This document shows positions 28,663-36,622 of a DNA stretch of 36,995 nucleotides, piece after piece. The translations under genes were made by a program, and so were the position numbers. This DNA is from Bacilli bacterium (lineage in GTDB: Bacteria > Bacillota_I > Bacilli_A > RF39 > UBA660). The stretch covers positions 1-36,995 of the forward strand of contig JAVXAN010000002.1 in assembly GCA_036660495.1 (NCBI GenBank), given 5' to 3'. The notes under the pieces are model-generated. The model ran no database searches, was not told the DNA's origin, and saw only the letters and a list, made by a program, of their open reading frames with translations. The first letter of the stretch is position 1; each line of letters opens with the position of its first letter.

Positions 28663-31239
28663 ATGGAAAAAATTATATTAGTAGATGGTAATAATTTATT
28701 ATTTAGAAGTTACTATGCAACTGCATATTCTGGAAATATGATGAAAAACTCTAAAGGATTTCCAACTAATGCTTTATATGGTTTTATTAATATGATTAAT
28801 AAAATTATAAATGAAGAAAAATCGGCGTATATGTTAGTGGCATTTGATAAAGGAAAGACTTTTAGACATGATAGATTTGCTGGATATAAGGCGGATAGGA
28901 TAGAAACTCCAAACGAACTTAAGATTCAGTTTCCTATAGCAAAGGAAATACTTTCTGAAATGGGTATTAAATGGTTTGAAATAGATAATTATGAAGCAGA
29001 TGACATAATTGGTACATTAGCAAAAAAAGTGGACGATACCGATGGCTATAGTGGGCTTATAATAAGCAGCGATAAGGATTTGTTACAATTAATAAGCGAT
29101 AAGGTAACAATGAAAATGCTTAAAACAAAAGATTTTACTATTATGAATCAAGAAACTTTTTTTCAAAGTTATGGACTTACTCCTGAAAAAATTATAGATA
29201 TAAAATCTCTTCAAGGGGACAGTTCTGACAATATACCAGGAGTAAAGGGGGTTGGAGAAAAAACAGCTTTAAAATTACTGCAAGAATATGGAAGTGTTGA
29301 AAATATATATGAAAACATTGATAATATTAAAGGCACATTAAAAGAAAAACTAATAAAAGGAAAAACCAGTGCTTTTGAAAGTAAGTTTCTTGCAACTATT
29401 TACAAAGAAGTACCACTTGGTTTTGATATAGGTGATATTTTAATTAAAGAAGCTGATGTGGATTTGCTTAAAAAAACATATGAAGATTTAGAATTTTATT
29501 CTTTTTTAAAAAACATGACAAATGTAAAAAAAGAAGAAAAATTAAAAATAATAGAAGTGAAAAATATTTCAGAAATTAAAATTAATAAGGCTTTTTCATT
29601 TTATGTTGAACTAGATGGTTTAAATTACCATAAAGCTAACATGCTTGCTATGGGATTATATGATGGAATAAACTGTTATTATGTAAAATCAGAGTTAATA
29701 ATACCGGTTTTAGAAAAACTAAATAAAATTGAAAAAGCAACTTATGATTTAAAAAAGCATTATGTGTGTTTAAAGAAAAAAGGTTTTAATTTAGAAAAAG
29801 TATCTTTTGACTCAATGATATCAGGATATTTATTAAATTATAACGTAAAGGATGATGCTGCATACTTAGCTAATCAGTTAGGATATGATGTACCGTTTTA
29901 TGAAATTATTTCTAAAAATAAAAATCTTACAATTGATACAGTAAAAGAAGTTGTTGCTAAAAAGGCAAAGTTTATTTATGATTCAAAAGAAACTTTAAAA
30001 CAAGAAATGATAAAAGAAGAATGTGAATATTTATTTAATGAAATAGAAATGCCACTTTCGATAGTACTTGGTGATATGGAAAATTGTGGCATAAGAATAG
30101 ATACTGAAGTCCTTCATCAAATGAATAACGAAATAAGTATAAAACTAGAGGAACTAAATAAAAGTATATATGAACAAGCTGGAATGGAGTTTAACGTTTC
30201 TTCTCCAAAGCAGTTAGGGGAAGTTTTATTTGAAAAGTTAGAAATTGGTAAAGGTAAAAAGACTAAAAGCGGTTATTCAACTGATAGAGCAGTTTTAGAA
30301 AAGTATAAAAATAGTCATCCTATAGTGCCTCTTGTTTTAGAACATAGAGTTTTATCTAAATTACAAGGTACGTATACGGTTGGGCTAGAAAGTTGTATAT
30401 TAAAGGATGGTAAAATTCACACCATTTATACTCAAACGTTAACAAGAACGGGAAGACTTTCTTCAGTAGAACCTAATTTACAAAACATTCCAATTAGAAC
30501 TACTTATGGTAAATTAATAAGAAAAGCTTTTATTCCAGAAAAAGGCTCAATCCTTTTATCAAGCGATTATTCGCAAATTGAGCTTAGGGTTTTTGCTCAT
30601 TTTTCTAAAGTTCCTAACTGGATTGATGCTTTTAACAATAATCTGGATATTCATACAATAACGGCCATGGATGTTTTTGGGGTAAGTAAGCAAGATGTAA
30701 CCCCCCTTATGAGAAGACAAGCTAAGGCTGTTAATTTTGGAATATTATATGGGATAAGTAGCTATGGATTAGCAGAAGATTTATCAATATCTGTAAAGGA
30801 AGCTAAGGATTTTATTGATAGGTATTTCAAGACATATGAAGGTACTAAAGTATTTATGGATTCTTTAATTAAAGATGCATATAAAAAAGGTTATGTTACA
30901 ACTATAATGAATCGAAAAAGAAAAATAGATGAGTTAAGTAATAATAATTATATGATAAGGCAGCAAGGTGAAAGAATGGCACTAAACACCCCAATCCAAG
31001 GATCAAGTGCTGATATTTTAAAGAAAGCAATGATTGATATATATAAAGAATTTAGTAATAAAAAATTGAAAAGTAAAATGATTCTTCAAGTACATGATGA
31101 ACTTATATTTAACGTGTTAAAAGAAGAAACTAGCGAAGTTGAAAAAATTGTTAATAGGTGTATGACTTGTGCCTATAAACTAGATATTCCATTAAAAGTT
31201 GAAATTGAAACAGGTAATAATTGGTATGAAGCAAAGTAG
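28663..31239 (+). CDS. polA: DNA polymerase I
   Basis: 5' nuclease N-terminus (ILVDGNNLLFRSYYA, SSDKDLLQL). Pol motifs: RTGRLSS.EPNLQNIP, DYSQIELRV.AH, QVHDELIF. Start is the ATG 6 nt after taggtga. Confidence 0.95.
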   Translation: MEKIILVDGNNLLFRSYYATAYSGNMMKNSKGFPTNALYGFINMINKIINEEKSAYMLVAFDKGKTFRHDRFAGYKADRIETPNELKIQFPIAKEILSEMGIKWFEIDNYEADDIIGTLAKKVDDTDGYSGLIISSDKDLLQLISDKVTMKMLKTKDFTIMNQETFFQSYGLTPEKIIDIKSLQGDSSDNIPGVKGVGEKTALKLLQEYGSVENIYENIDNIKGTLKEKLIKGKTSAFESKFLATIYKEVPLGFDIGDILIKEADVDLLKKTYEDLEFYSFLKNMTNVKKEEKLKIIEVKNISEIKINKAFSFYVELDGLNYHKANMLAMGLYDGINCYYVKSELIIPVLEKLNKIEKATYDLKKHYVCLKKKGFNLEKVSFDSMISGYLLNYNVKDDAAYLANQLGYDVPFYEIISKNKNLTIDTVKEVVAKKAKFIYDSKETLKQEMIKEECEYLFNEIEMPLSIVLGDMENCGIRIDTEVLHQMNNEISIKLEELNKSIYEQAGMEFNVSSPKQLGEVLFEKLEIGKGKKTKSGYSTDRAVLEKYKNSHPIVPLVLEHRVLSKLQGTYTVGLESCILKDGKIHTIYTQTLTRTGRLSSVEPNLQNIPIRTTYGKLIRKAFIPEKGSILLSSDYSQIELRVFAHFSKVPNWIDAFNNNLDIHTITAMDVFGVSKQDVTPLMRRQAKAVNFGILYGISSYGLAEDLSISVKEAKDFIDRYFKTYEGTKVFMDSLIKDAYKKGYVTTIMNRKRKIDELSNNNYMIRQQGERMALNTPIQGSSADILKKAMIDIYKEFSNKKLKSKMILQVHDELIFNVLKEETSEVEKIVNRCMTCAYKLDIPLKVEIETGNNWYEAK

Positions 31240-31247
31240 GTGATAAT

Positions 31248-32054
31248 ATGCCTGAATTAGTAGAAGTAGAAATATTAAAAAGAAATTTAACAAAAGAAAT
31301 ATTAGGCAAAAAAATTAATAAAGTTGAAGTTTTTCTTGATAAAATTGTTTATAATAAAAAAGAATATTTTATAAAAAACATTGAAAATAAGTTGGTAACA
31401 GATGTAATAAGAAAAGGAAAATGGCTTTTTATAGGCTTAGAAGGGTTATTTTTAGTTATTCATTTTAGAATGGAAGGAAGGCTTTTTTTAAAAAACATGA
31501 AAGATTTATATGATAGGCATGATTATGTTGTATTTACTTTTGATAAATTTAAACTTTATTATAATGACTCAAGACTGTTTGGTAAAATGGAAATAATAAA
31601 AAAAGATCAATTAGACGATTTTGTCAAAGATAAAAAGTTAGGCATTGAATATGATGATGAACTTTTAACTAGTAAATATTTGAAAAACAAGTTTGTTAAA
31701 CATCATGTTGGTATAAAGAAAATGCTTTTAGATCAAAGCTATATAACGGGAATAGGAAACATTTATGCTGATGAGATTTTATTTGAATCAAAAATTAATC
31801 CGCGGAATTATGCTAATGATTTAAGCAATAAAAATTTATCTGATATTATAAAAAACACAAAGAAAGTATTTGCAGCATCTTTAGAAAAAAATGGTACTTA
31901 TTTAGATATATATGGTAAAAGAGGAACGTTTGAACAACTCCTTATGGTACATAAAAGACAAGGAGAAAAATGTTACAAGTGTGGGTCTTTGATAATAAAA
32001 GAAAAAATCGGAGGGCGTGGCACCTATTATTGTCCTATTTGTCAGAAAATGTAA
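31248..32054 (+). CDS. mutM: Formamidopyrimidine-DNA glycosylase (Fpg/MutM)
   Basis: N-terminus MPELVEVE, H2TH LLDQSYITGIGNIYADEILF, C-terminal zinc finger CYKCG...GGRGTYYCPICQ. Confidence 0.9.
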   Translation: MPELVEVEILKRNLTKEILGKKINKVEVFLDKIVYNKKEYFIKNIENKLVTDVIRKGKWLFIGLEGLFLVIHFRMEGRLFLKNMKDLYDRHDYVVFTFDKFKLYYNDSRLFGKMEIIKKDQLDDFVKDKKLGIEYDDELLTSKYLKNKFVKHHVGIKKMLLDQSYITGIGNIYADEILFESKINPRNYANDLSNKNLSDIIKNTKKVFAASLEKNGTYLDIYGKRGTFEQLLMVHKRQGEKCYKCGSLIIKEKIGGRGTYYCPICQKM

Positions 32055-32056
32055 AT

Positions 32057-32085
32057 TTGACAAATGTTAACGTTTATGGTATAAT
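32057..32085 (+). promoter_or_regulatory. Near-consensus sigma-A promoter for the 141-aa orphan gene
   Basis: TTGACA (32057-32062), 17-nt spacer, TGgTATAAT (-10 at 32080-32085). Confidence 0.65.
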
Positions 32086-32144
32086 CTTTTAACTTAATGA
32101 GTATGTATTATTGATGATACCAAATGTAATGAGGGGGTAATTTT

Positions 32145-32570
32145 ATGAAGGGAAACTATATTTTTGAATTTGTAAACGAAAATGAATTTAAGAAACTTGA
32201 ACGTTCGGTTAAAAAATATAACATGTTGGCATATAAAAAATTAGTTTTTGAATTTTATCCAGCTATGAAAGATGGTAAATTTTTAGGTGAAATAGTCGGG
32301 GTTAATAGTAAAGAAGGAACTAAGTCATATGCACTTAAATTACCAACAGATGATTTGTTTATAAGGGTTCATGGCGATATTGTTTTACATTATTCTGTTT
32401 GTGATATTAATCACGTAATTATATTAGAAACAATTACTCCAGAAACTATTTTATCAGAAGGACATAAGCAAGAACTTGAAGCTTATAAAGGCGTTATGAT
32501 ATCAAAAGCTAACTCTGATAAAGATAAATTTAAAGTTGATTTGTTAAATATGTTACAAAGCGGTGAATAA
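32145..32570 (+). CDS. Hypothetical protein, 141 aa
   Basis: Strong RBS gaggggg, its own promoter, clean ORF. The central segment LFIRVHGDIVLHYSVCDINHVIILETITPE loosely recalls the RelE/ParE beta-strand pattern (weak, from memory). Confidence 0.7.
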   Translation: MKGNYIFEFVNENEFKKLERSVKKYNMLAYKKLVFEFYPAMKDGKFLGEIVGVNSKEGTKSYALKLPTDDLFIRVHGDIVLHYSVCDINHVIILETITPETILSEGHKQELEAYKGVMISKANSDKDKFKVDLLNMLQSGE

Positions 32571-32605
32571 ATTCATCGTTTTTTAAACTTTTTTTCATAA
32601 TCATA

Positions 32606-32634
32606 TTGATATATATTCTAGAATATGATAATAT
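32606..32634 (+). promoter_or_regulatory. Promoter of the tRNA pair
   Basis: TTGATA (32606-32611), 17-nt spacer, TGaTAATAT (-10 at 32629-32634), about 12 nt before the first tRNA. Confidence 0.5.
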
Positions 32635-32646
32635 ATATAAGCAACT

Positions 32647-32723
<77 letters not shown>

Positions 32724-32733
32724 TTTGTTTTTT

Positions 32734-32818
32734 GCGGGTATGGCGAAATTGGCAGACGCGCTAGACTTAGGATCTAGTGGATTTATCCGTGGGGGTTCAA
32801 GTCCCTTTACCCGCACCA
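32734..32818 (+). tRNA. tRNA-Leu (anticodon UAG), class II with long variable arm
   Basis: Acceptor GCGGGTA/TACCCGC, anticodon stem-loop CTAGA-CTTAGGA-TCTAG, variable arm TGGATTTATCCGT, T-loop TTCAAGT, encoded CCA. Confidence 0.9.
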
Positions 32819-32855
32819 TTGGAAATTCTGTTCGAACTATTCGAACTTTAGATAG

Positions 32856-32890
32856 AAAATCAATCAGAAATGATTGGTTTTTTCTTTTTT
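32856..32890 (+). terminator. Rho-independent terminator of the tRNA unit
   Basis: 10-bp stem aaaatcaatc/gattggtttt (one G-U), loop agaaat, followed by a T-rich run. Confidence 0.6.
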
Positions 32891-32925
32891 AGAAAAAATC
32901 AACCTATGAAGAAAGGTTGGTGTTT

Positions 32926-33075
32926 ATGATTAAAGTAGTCAAAAAAGAAATTGATATGGAAGAATCGTTAAAAAAGAGATTAGAAATAGTATGCGATTTT
33001 TGTAATACTACTCCAACGATTATCAATGGTAGTATTAGAAATATTGAAAAAACAAATCTAGCTTGTACCTTATGA
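32926..33075 (+). CDS. Small hypothetical ORF (49 aa), ATGA-coupled to the next ORF
   Basis: ATG lies 7 nt after gaaaggttgg. Translation MIKVVKKEIDMEESLKKRLEIVCDFCNTTPTIINGSIRNIEKTNLACTL. The TGA stop overlaps the next ATG. Not on the ORF track (too short). Confidence 0.3.
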   Translation: MIKVVKKEIDMEESLKKRLEIVCDFCNTTPTIINGSIRNIEKTNLACTL

Positions 33076-33206
33076 CACACAATAAGAAAAAACAAGATTT
33101 ACTTTATTTTAAAGGCATTGTAAATGAATATCATATTGATTTAAAGGTATCAAATAGAGATGAAATTAGCGATGATTTAAAGATTATAGTATCTATTGTA
33201 AATTAA
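33072..33206 (+). CDS. Small hypothetical ORF (44 aa)
   Basis: Translation MTHNKKKQDLLYFKGIVNEYHIDLKVSNRDEISDDLKIIVSIVN. Overlaps the upstream ORF by ATGA. No family recognised. Confidence 0.3.
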   Translation: MTHNKKKQDLLYFKGIVNEYHIDLKVSNRDEISDDLKIIVSIVN

Positions 33207-33294
33207 ATATTGGTTGTGTCCTCTAATAGATATTATATTATAAAAAGAATAAAGGAAAAATCAAAAGAAATATTAGTATAAGATTGTTGCAAGG

Positions 33295-33319
33295 GATATG
33301 TAAAAACATATCTTTTTTT
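33295..33319 (+). other. Hairpin plus T-run just upstream of the relaxase gene (terminator of the small ORFs, or an oriT-type inverted repeat)
   Basis: Stem gatatgt/acatatc (7 bp), loop aaaa, then seven T, lying 33 nt before the relaxase start region. Confidence 0.45.
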
Positions 33320-33351
33320 ACGTTTACAAATAGAAAAGAAGGATTAATATT

Positions 33352-34631
33352 ATCAATTATGCAATATTTAGGACTGAACCCGTTTATACTTTACAAGATT
33401 TAGCACTGATTGGTTCACATAACAAAAGGGAAAAACAAGTATACAAGTCTAACCCTAATATCAAAATAGAGTTATCAAAAAATAATATAGAATTAGTACC
33501 CTTAACAGAAAAATATGTTAAGGGTTTTTATAACAAAACATTGGAATATAGAAAAGAACACGATGAAAGAATGAAAACGGAACGAACTGATAGAAAAAAG
33601 ATATTTAATCAAATGCTTAATAAATCTAAAAATGTTGTAGCTGATGAACTTTTATTTACTGCTACTCATAAATTTTCTGATAATATGAATAAAGATAATA
33701 TTACCGATTGAGCAAATACTTGTATGGATTTTGTTTATAATGAATTAGGCTATAAAAAAGAACAAACACTTCATAGTATTGTGCATTTAGATGAGGAAAC
33801 ACCACATCTTCATTGTGTTGTAATACCACTTGTTAAAAAACTTGATAAAAGAACGAATACTGAAAGGTTTACTATCTCAAAAAAGCAATACATTAGAGAT
33901 AATTTTCACTTATCCGAATTACAAGATAAATACTACAAAAAACTAACTGAAAAAGGCTATGATTTAGAACGTGGAATTAAGGGTAGCAATGCTAAACATC
34001 AAAAGACCAAGGAATTAAAGAAAACCACTAGATATTATGAGAAAAAAGTAGATGAAATAAACACTAAGATTGACAATGCTATGAGTGATTTTGAAGATAA
34101 AATGAAAACGGCAAAAAATATCCCTTTCAATAAAACACACGTTTTAGTGGAAAAAGAGACTTTCGATAGTATGAATAATGTAATTAAGGAAACTAAAAAA
34201 GCAATGGATTTCGGGCTTAAATTGCACCAATTATTTAATGAAGTGGATAATTATACAAAAAGTCATCAGACATTAGAAAAAGAAAATCAAAGTATGCAAA
34301 AAGAGATTAAATCGCTAAAAACTAGAAATCATAATCTTACAGAAGAAAATAATAAATTAAATCACTATATTAAAGCCGTTTTAGAGGCAATTAAGAGCTT
34401 CTTTAGGCAGATACTCTTAATTGGCAACGAGCCTAGCAAAGAGGCTACCACAAGCGAAATAAAGGAATATTACGATACCAAAATTTTGAAATGATTGATG
34501 TCAAAGATATTTCTATGTGAACTACCAAAGAAGATGAGCTATTTGATTATGCAGGAGTACCTAGTTATCTAAAAACAAGTCGTAAATCTAGTTGCAATAA
34601 AGAAAAAGATGATTTTGATATGCAAATATAA
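33352..34631 (+). pseudogene. MobV-family (Mob/Pre) relaxase, not translatable as one product under the standard code
   Basis: Motif I IGSHNKRE (HxxR) and motif III VHLDEETPHLH (HxDExTPHxH) sit in one frame, with an in-frame TGA at 33709-33711. There is no ATG/GTG/TTG at the conserved N-terminus: ATC at 33352, 8 nt after the GGA of aaagaagga, aligns with Met1 of MSYAV-type N-termini. The frame ends at TGA 34492-34494. A protein-like continuation runs in another frame (34491-34631) and contains a second TGA at 34518-34520. Confidence 0.8.
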
Positions 34632-34718
34632 AGAAAATGTCAATTGACTAGCAAATTTTATTTTTTTAGATAAAAGAATTGAAAATAGTGTATAATAAAA
34701 TAAATGGAGGCGAAAAAT

Positions 34719-36134
34719 ATGGAAGGATTTTTAGAAGAAATTGCAGGTTTAAGAAATTATAATGGGCAATCTGAAATGTATAATAGAAAATTTTTTGGTC
34801 AGTATGTTGACTTGGATACATTGATTAGTTTATTACAAGTTTCACATACTTATTCAAGCATAATAAGTCTTTTAAATAAAAGGCATGATAAAGTAGACAA
34901 TATTGTATTACAAAAATTAGATGAAGAATTAAACGCACTTATCGAAAAGATTGGTACTATTAAAGCCACTCAAACGGATTTATGCAATAATAAATTAGAT
35001 AATGATAATTTAAGAAAATCGTTATATCAAGCAAATGAAATAGATTTTGATGAAGTAAGAAAATTAGTATCGTTAGATAGTCGTATTGATACTATGCTTG
35101 TTGAAAATGATTCTAAATTAGAAATAGCTTGTAACGAGAAAAAACTTAAAAATGAAGAACATAAACAATTTGATGAAAAAAGAGACGCTTTGGATACAAA
35201 TATTGAAAGTTATGTGGGAAGATTAAATGAATTATTTGTTGAATTAAACGGTAAAAGCGTTGATATATTTAATGGATTAAACATTGATACTTTAAGAGAA
35301 CAATATGAACAAGGATTAGTTGGTATTATTCAAAACACATCAGCAAGAAAGGCATATGTTAGTTACGTGTTTGATATTTTAAAAAGAGAAAATCGGAATG
35401 TTCCTCAAGTATATGCTACCGCTCAGCAATTTGTTGCTAATGCAAAAAGAGAAAATGGATTTGATGTCCCAGAATTAGTTGGAAGAAATGACAAAATAAT
35501 GCTTAATGAAAGCATTACGGATGTTGCGCACGATGGTCTAAGACAATTTGCTGATATTTGGTGTAGACATGCGACTGATAACGATAAAGCTATTACTACA
35601 ATTGCAAATGGATATTTAAGTACGCAAACATTTTTAGACGGAATGTATGATTACATTACTAATATATCAACATATAGTCAGGATCATTCAAAGGGTGGCA
35701 CAGATTATGATAAGTTGTTTAGCTTTAACAATCAATTACATGCTAAATTAGCAGAATTACAAGCCAAAGACTCAAGAAAGTTTATAAATATTGTAGGAAA
35801 AATTACTAAAACTCCAAATTATTATACTTCAATTGAAAGAGAACCTTATGAATTTGCTACTAGAATATTTGACAATTTTAATCATAGTCATGAAGATATG
35901 AGAACGCAAACATTCGATACAAAACAAACTACAATGCCCAATGAGAAGCAAACAGAACAAATAAATCCAGTGTATGAAAGTAATAATATTACAATGTCAA
36001 AACAATTGACAGATGAACAACAAAGAATGTTCACAGCAAATATTATTGCTACTAGCGATTCGTTGGTACAAGATGCAGGCTTTGAAATTAACGAATTTGG
36101 AGAAATTATAAGACCCCAAGGAAAATCAAAATAA
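34719..36134 (+). CDS. Hypothetical protein, 471 aa, coiled-coil-rich N-terminal half, no recognisable catalytic motif
   Basis: GTGTATAAT (-10 at 34691-34696) lies upstream. ATG is 8 nt after the RBS ggagg; the track's upstream ATG at 34704 is part of the RBS. Clean ORF with one TGG Trp and no in-frame TGA. Confidence 0.7.
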   Translation: MEGFLEEIAGLRNYNGQSEMYNRKFFGQYVDLDTLISLLQVSHTYSSIISLLNKRHDKVDNIVLQKLDEELNALIEKIGTIKATQTDLCNNKLDNDNLRKSLYQANEIDFDEVRKLVSLDSRIDTMLVENDSKLEIACNEKKLKNEEHKQFDEKRDALDTNIESYVGRLNELFVELNGKSVDIFNGLNIDTLREQYEQGLVGIIQNTSARKAYVSYVFDILKRENRNVPQVYATAQQFVANAKRENGFDVPELVGRNDKIMLNESITDVAHDGLRQFADIWCRHATDNDKAITTIANGYLSTQTFLDGMYDYITNISTYSQDHSKGGTDYDKLFSFNNQLHAKLAELQAKDSRKFINIVGKITKTPNYYTSIEREPYEFATRIFDNFNHSHEDMRTQTFDTKQTTMPNEKQTEQINPVYESNNITMSKQLTDEQQRMFTANIIATSDSLVQDAGFEINEFGEIIRPQGKSK

Positions 36135-36187
36135 AGAATTTAACTAACGGATTTCTATATAAGACTAGCTCTTTAGGCAAGTTAGTA

Positions 36188-36245
36188 ACACATATCTAAG
36201 TCGGCAGAGCCAACTTAGATATGTGTGCCAAAGGAGTGCCTTTGG
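36188..36245. repeat. Two adjacent inverted repeats: an 18-bp near-perfect hairpin and a 7-bp hairpin
   Basis: ACACATATCTAAGTcGGC-aga-GCCaACTTAGATATGTGT (36188-36226, one mismatch), followed directly by CCAAAGG-agtg-CCTTTGG (36228-36245). Confidence 0.85.
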
Positions 36246-36298
36246 GAACGGGATTTAAAATAAAGCCCCCAGGGATATTATTGTCTTTTTTGAGAGTG

Positions 36299-36323
36299 AC
36301 TTGTAGAAAATACAAGTTTTTTT
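36299..36323 (+). terminator. Rho-independent terminator/attenuator upstream of the 88-aa ORF
   Basis: Stem acttgta/tacaagt (7 bp), loop gaaaa, then six T. The RBS gagaggaga and an ATG follow within 35 nt. Confidence 0.6.
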
Positions 36324-36355
36324 GTTGCGTGAATTTATTAGAGAGGAGAATGTCT

Positions 36356-36622
36356 ATGAGAGAATTGAGTTTAAGAGGAAATAATTCAGAAGAAAGATTA
36401 GTATCTTTAATAAATGATTTAAATAATATTACTTGTTCTTGGAGTTTAGATTATAAAGATGTTGGTGAATATTTTTGGGGATTAACAATTTGCTATAATA
36501 ATAATTACTCTTTATATGTCGGTAAAACATGTTCTATTGATAACTGGAAAGAATTTACTAATGTAATAAATAGTTGCCTTGAAAATTTGATTAATAACAC
36601 GATTACAGATGCTTTTCTTTAA
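36356..36622 (+). CDS. Hypothetical small protein (88 aa)
   Basis: RBS gagaggaga (36341-36349). Translation MRELSLRGNNSEERLVSLINDLNN...NWKEFTNVINSCLENLINNTITDAFL with three TGG Trp. The track's N-terminal extension from 36221 runs through the hairpins and the terminator and is not credible. Confidence 0.55.
   Translation: MRELSLRGNNSEERLVSLINDLNNITCSWSLDYKDVGEYFWGLTICYNNNYSLYVGKTCSIDNWKEFTNVINSCLENLINNTITDAFL

Noticed and set aside
32611-32640. dif-like sequence ATATTCTAGAATATGATAATATATATAA near the tRNA promoter, considered because a Xer recombinase is encoded in the window
   Set aside because: Only the left arm resembles the remembered B. subtilis dif XerC arm (CTTCCTAGAATAT). The right arm does not match TTATGTAAACT. 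The stretch doubles as the tRNA promoter spacer/-10 in very AT-rich DNA, so it is probably coincidence.
32904-33095. - strand 63-aa hydrophobic ORF at the island edge
   Set aside because: It has a TTG start with no RBS. It is antisense to two + strand micro-ORFs that have an RBS and ATGA coupling. I kept the + strand reading, at low confidence.
36135-36355. Retron-like or type III toxin-antitoxin RNA interpretation of the hairpin region
   Set aside because: No reverse transcriptase gene is adjacent, and there are no tandem direct RNA repeats as in ToxI-type antitoxins. Only isolated inverted repeats are present, so it is reported as a generic oriT/sso/leader candidate instead.
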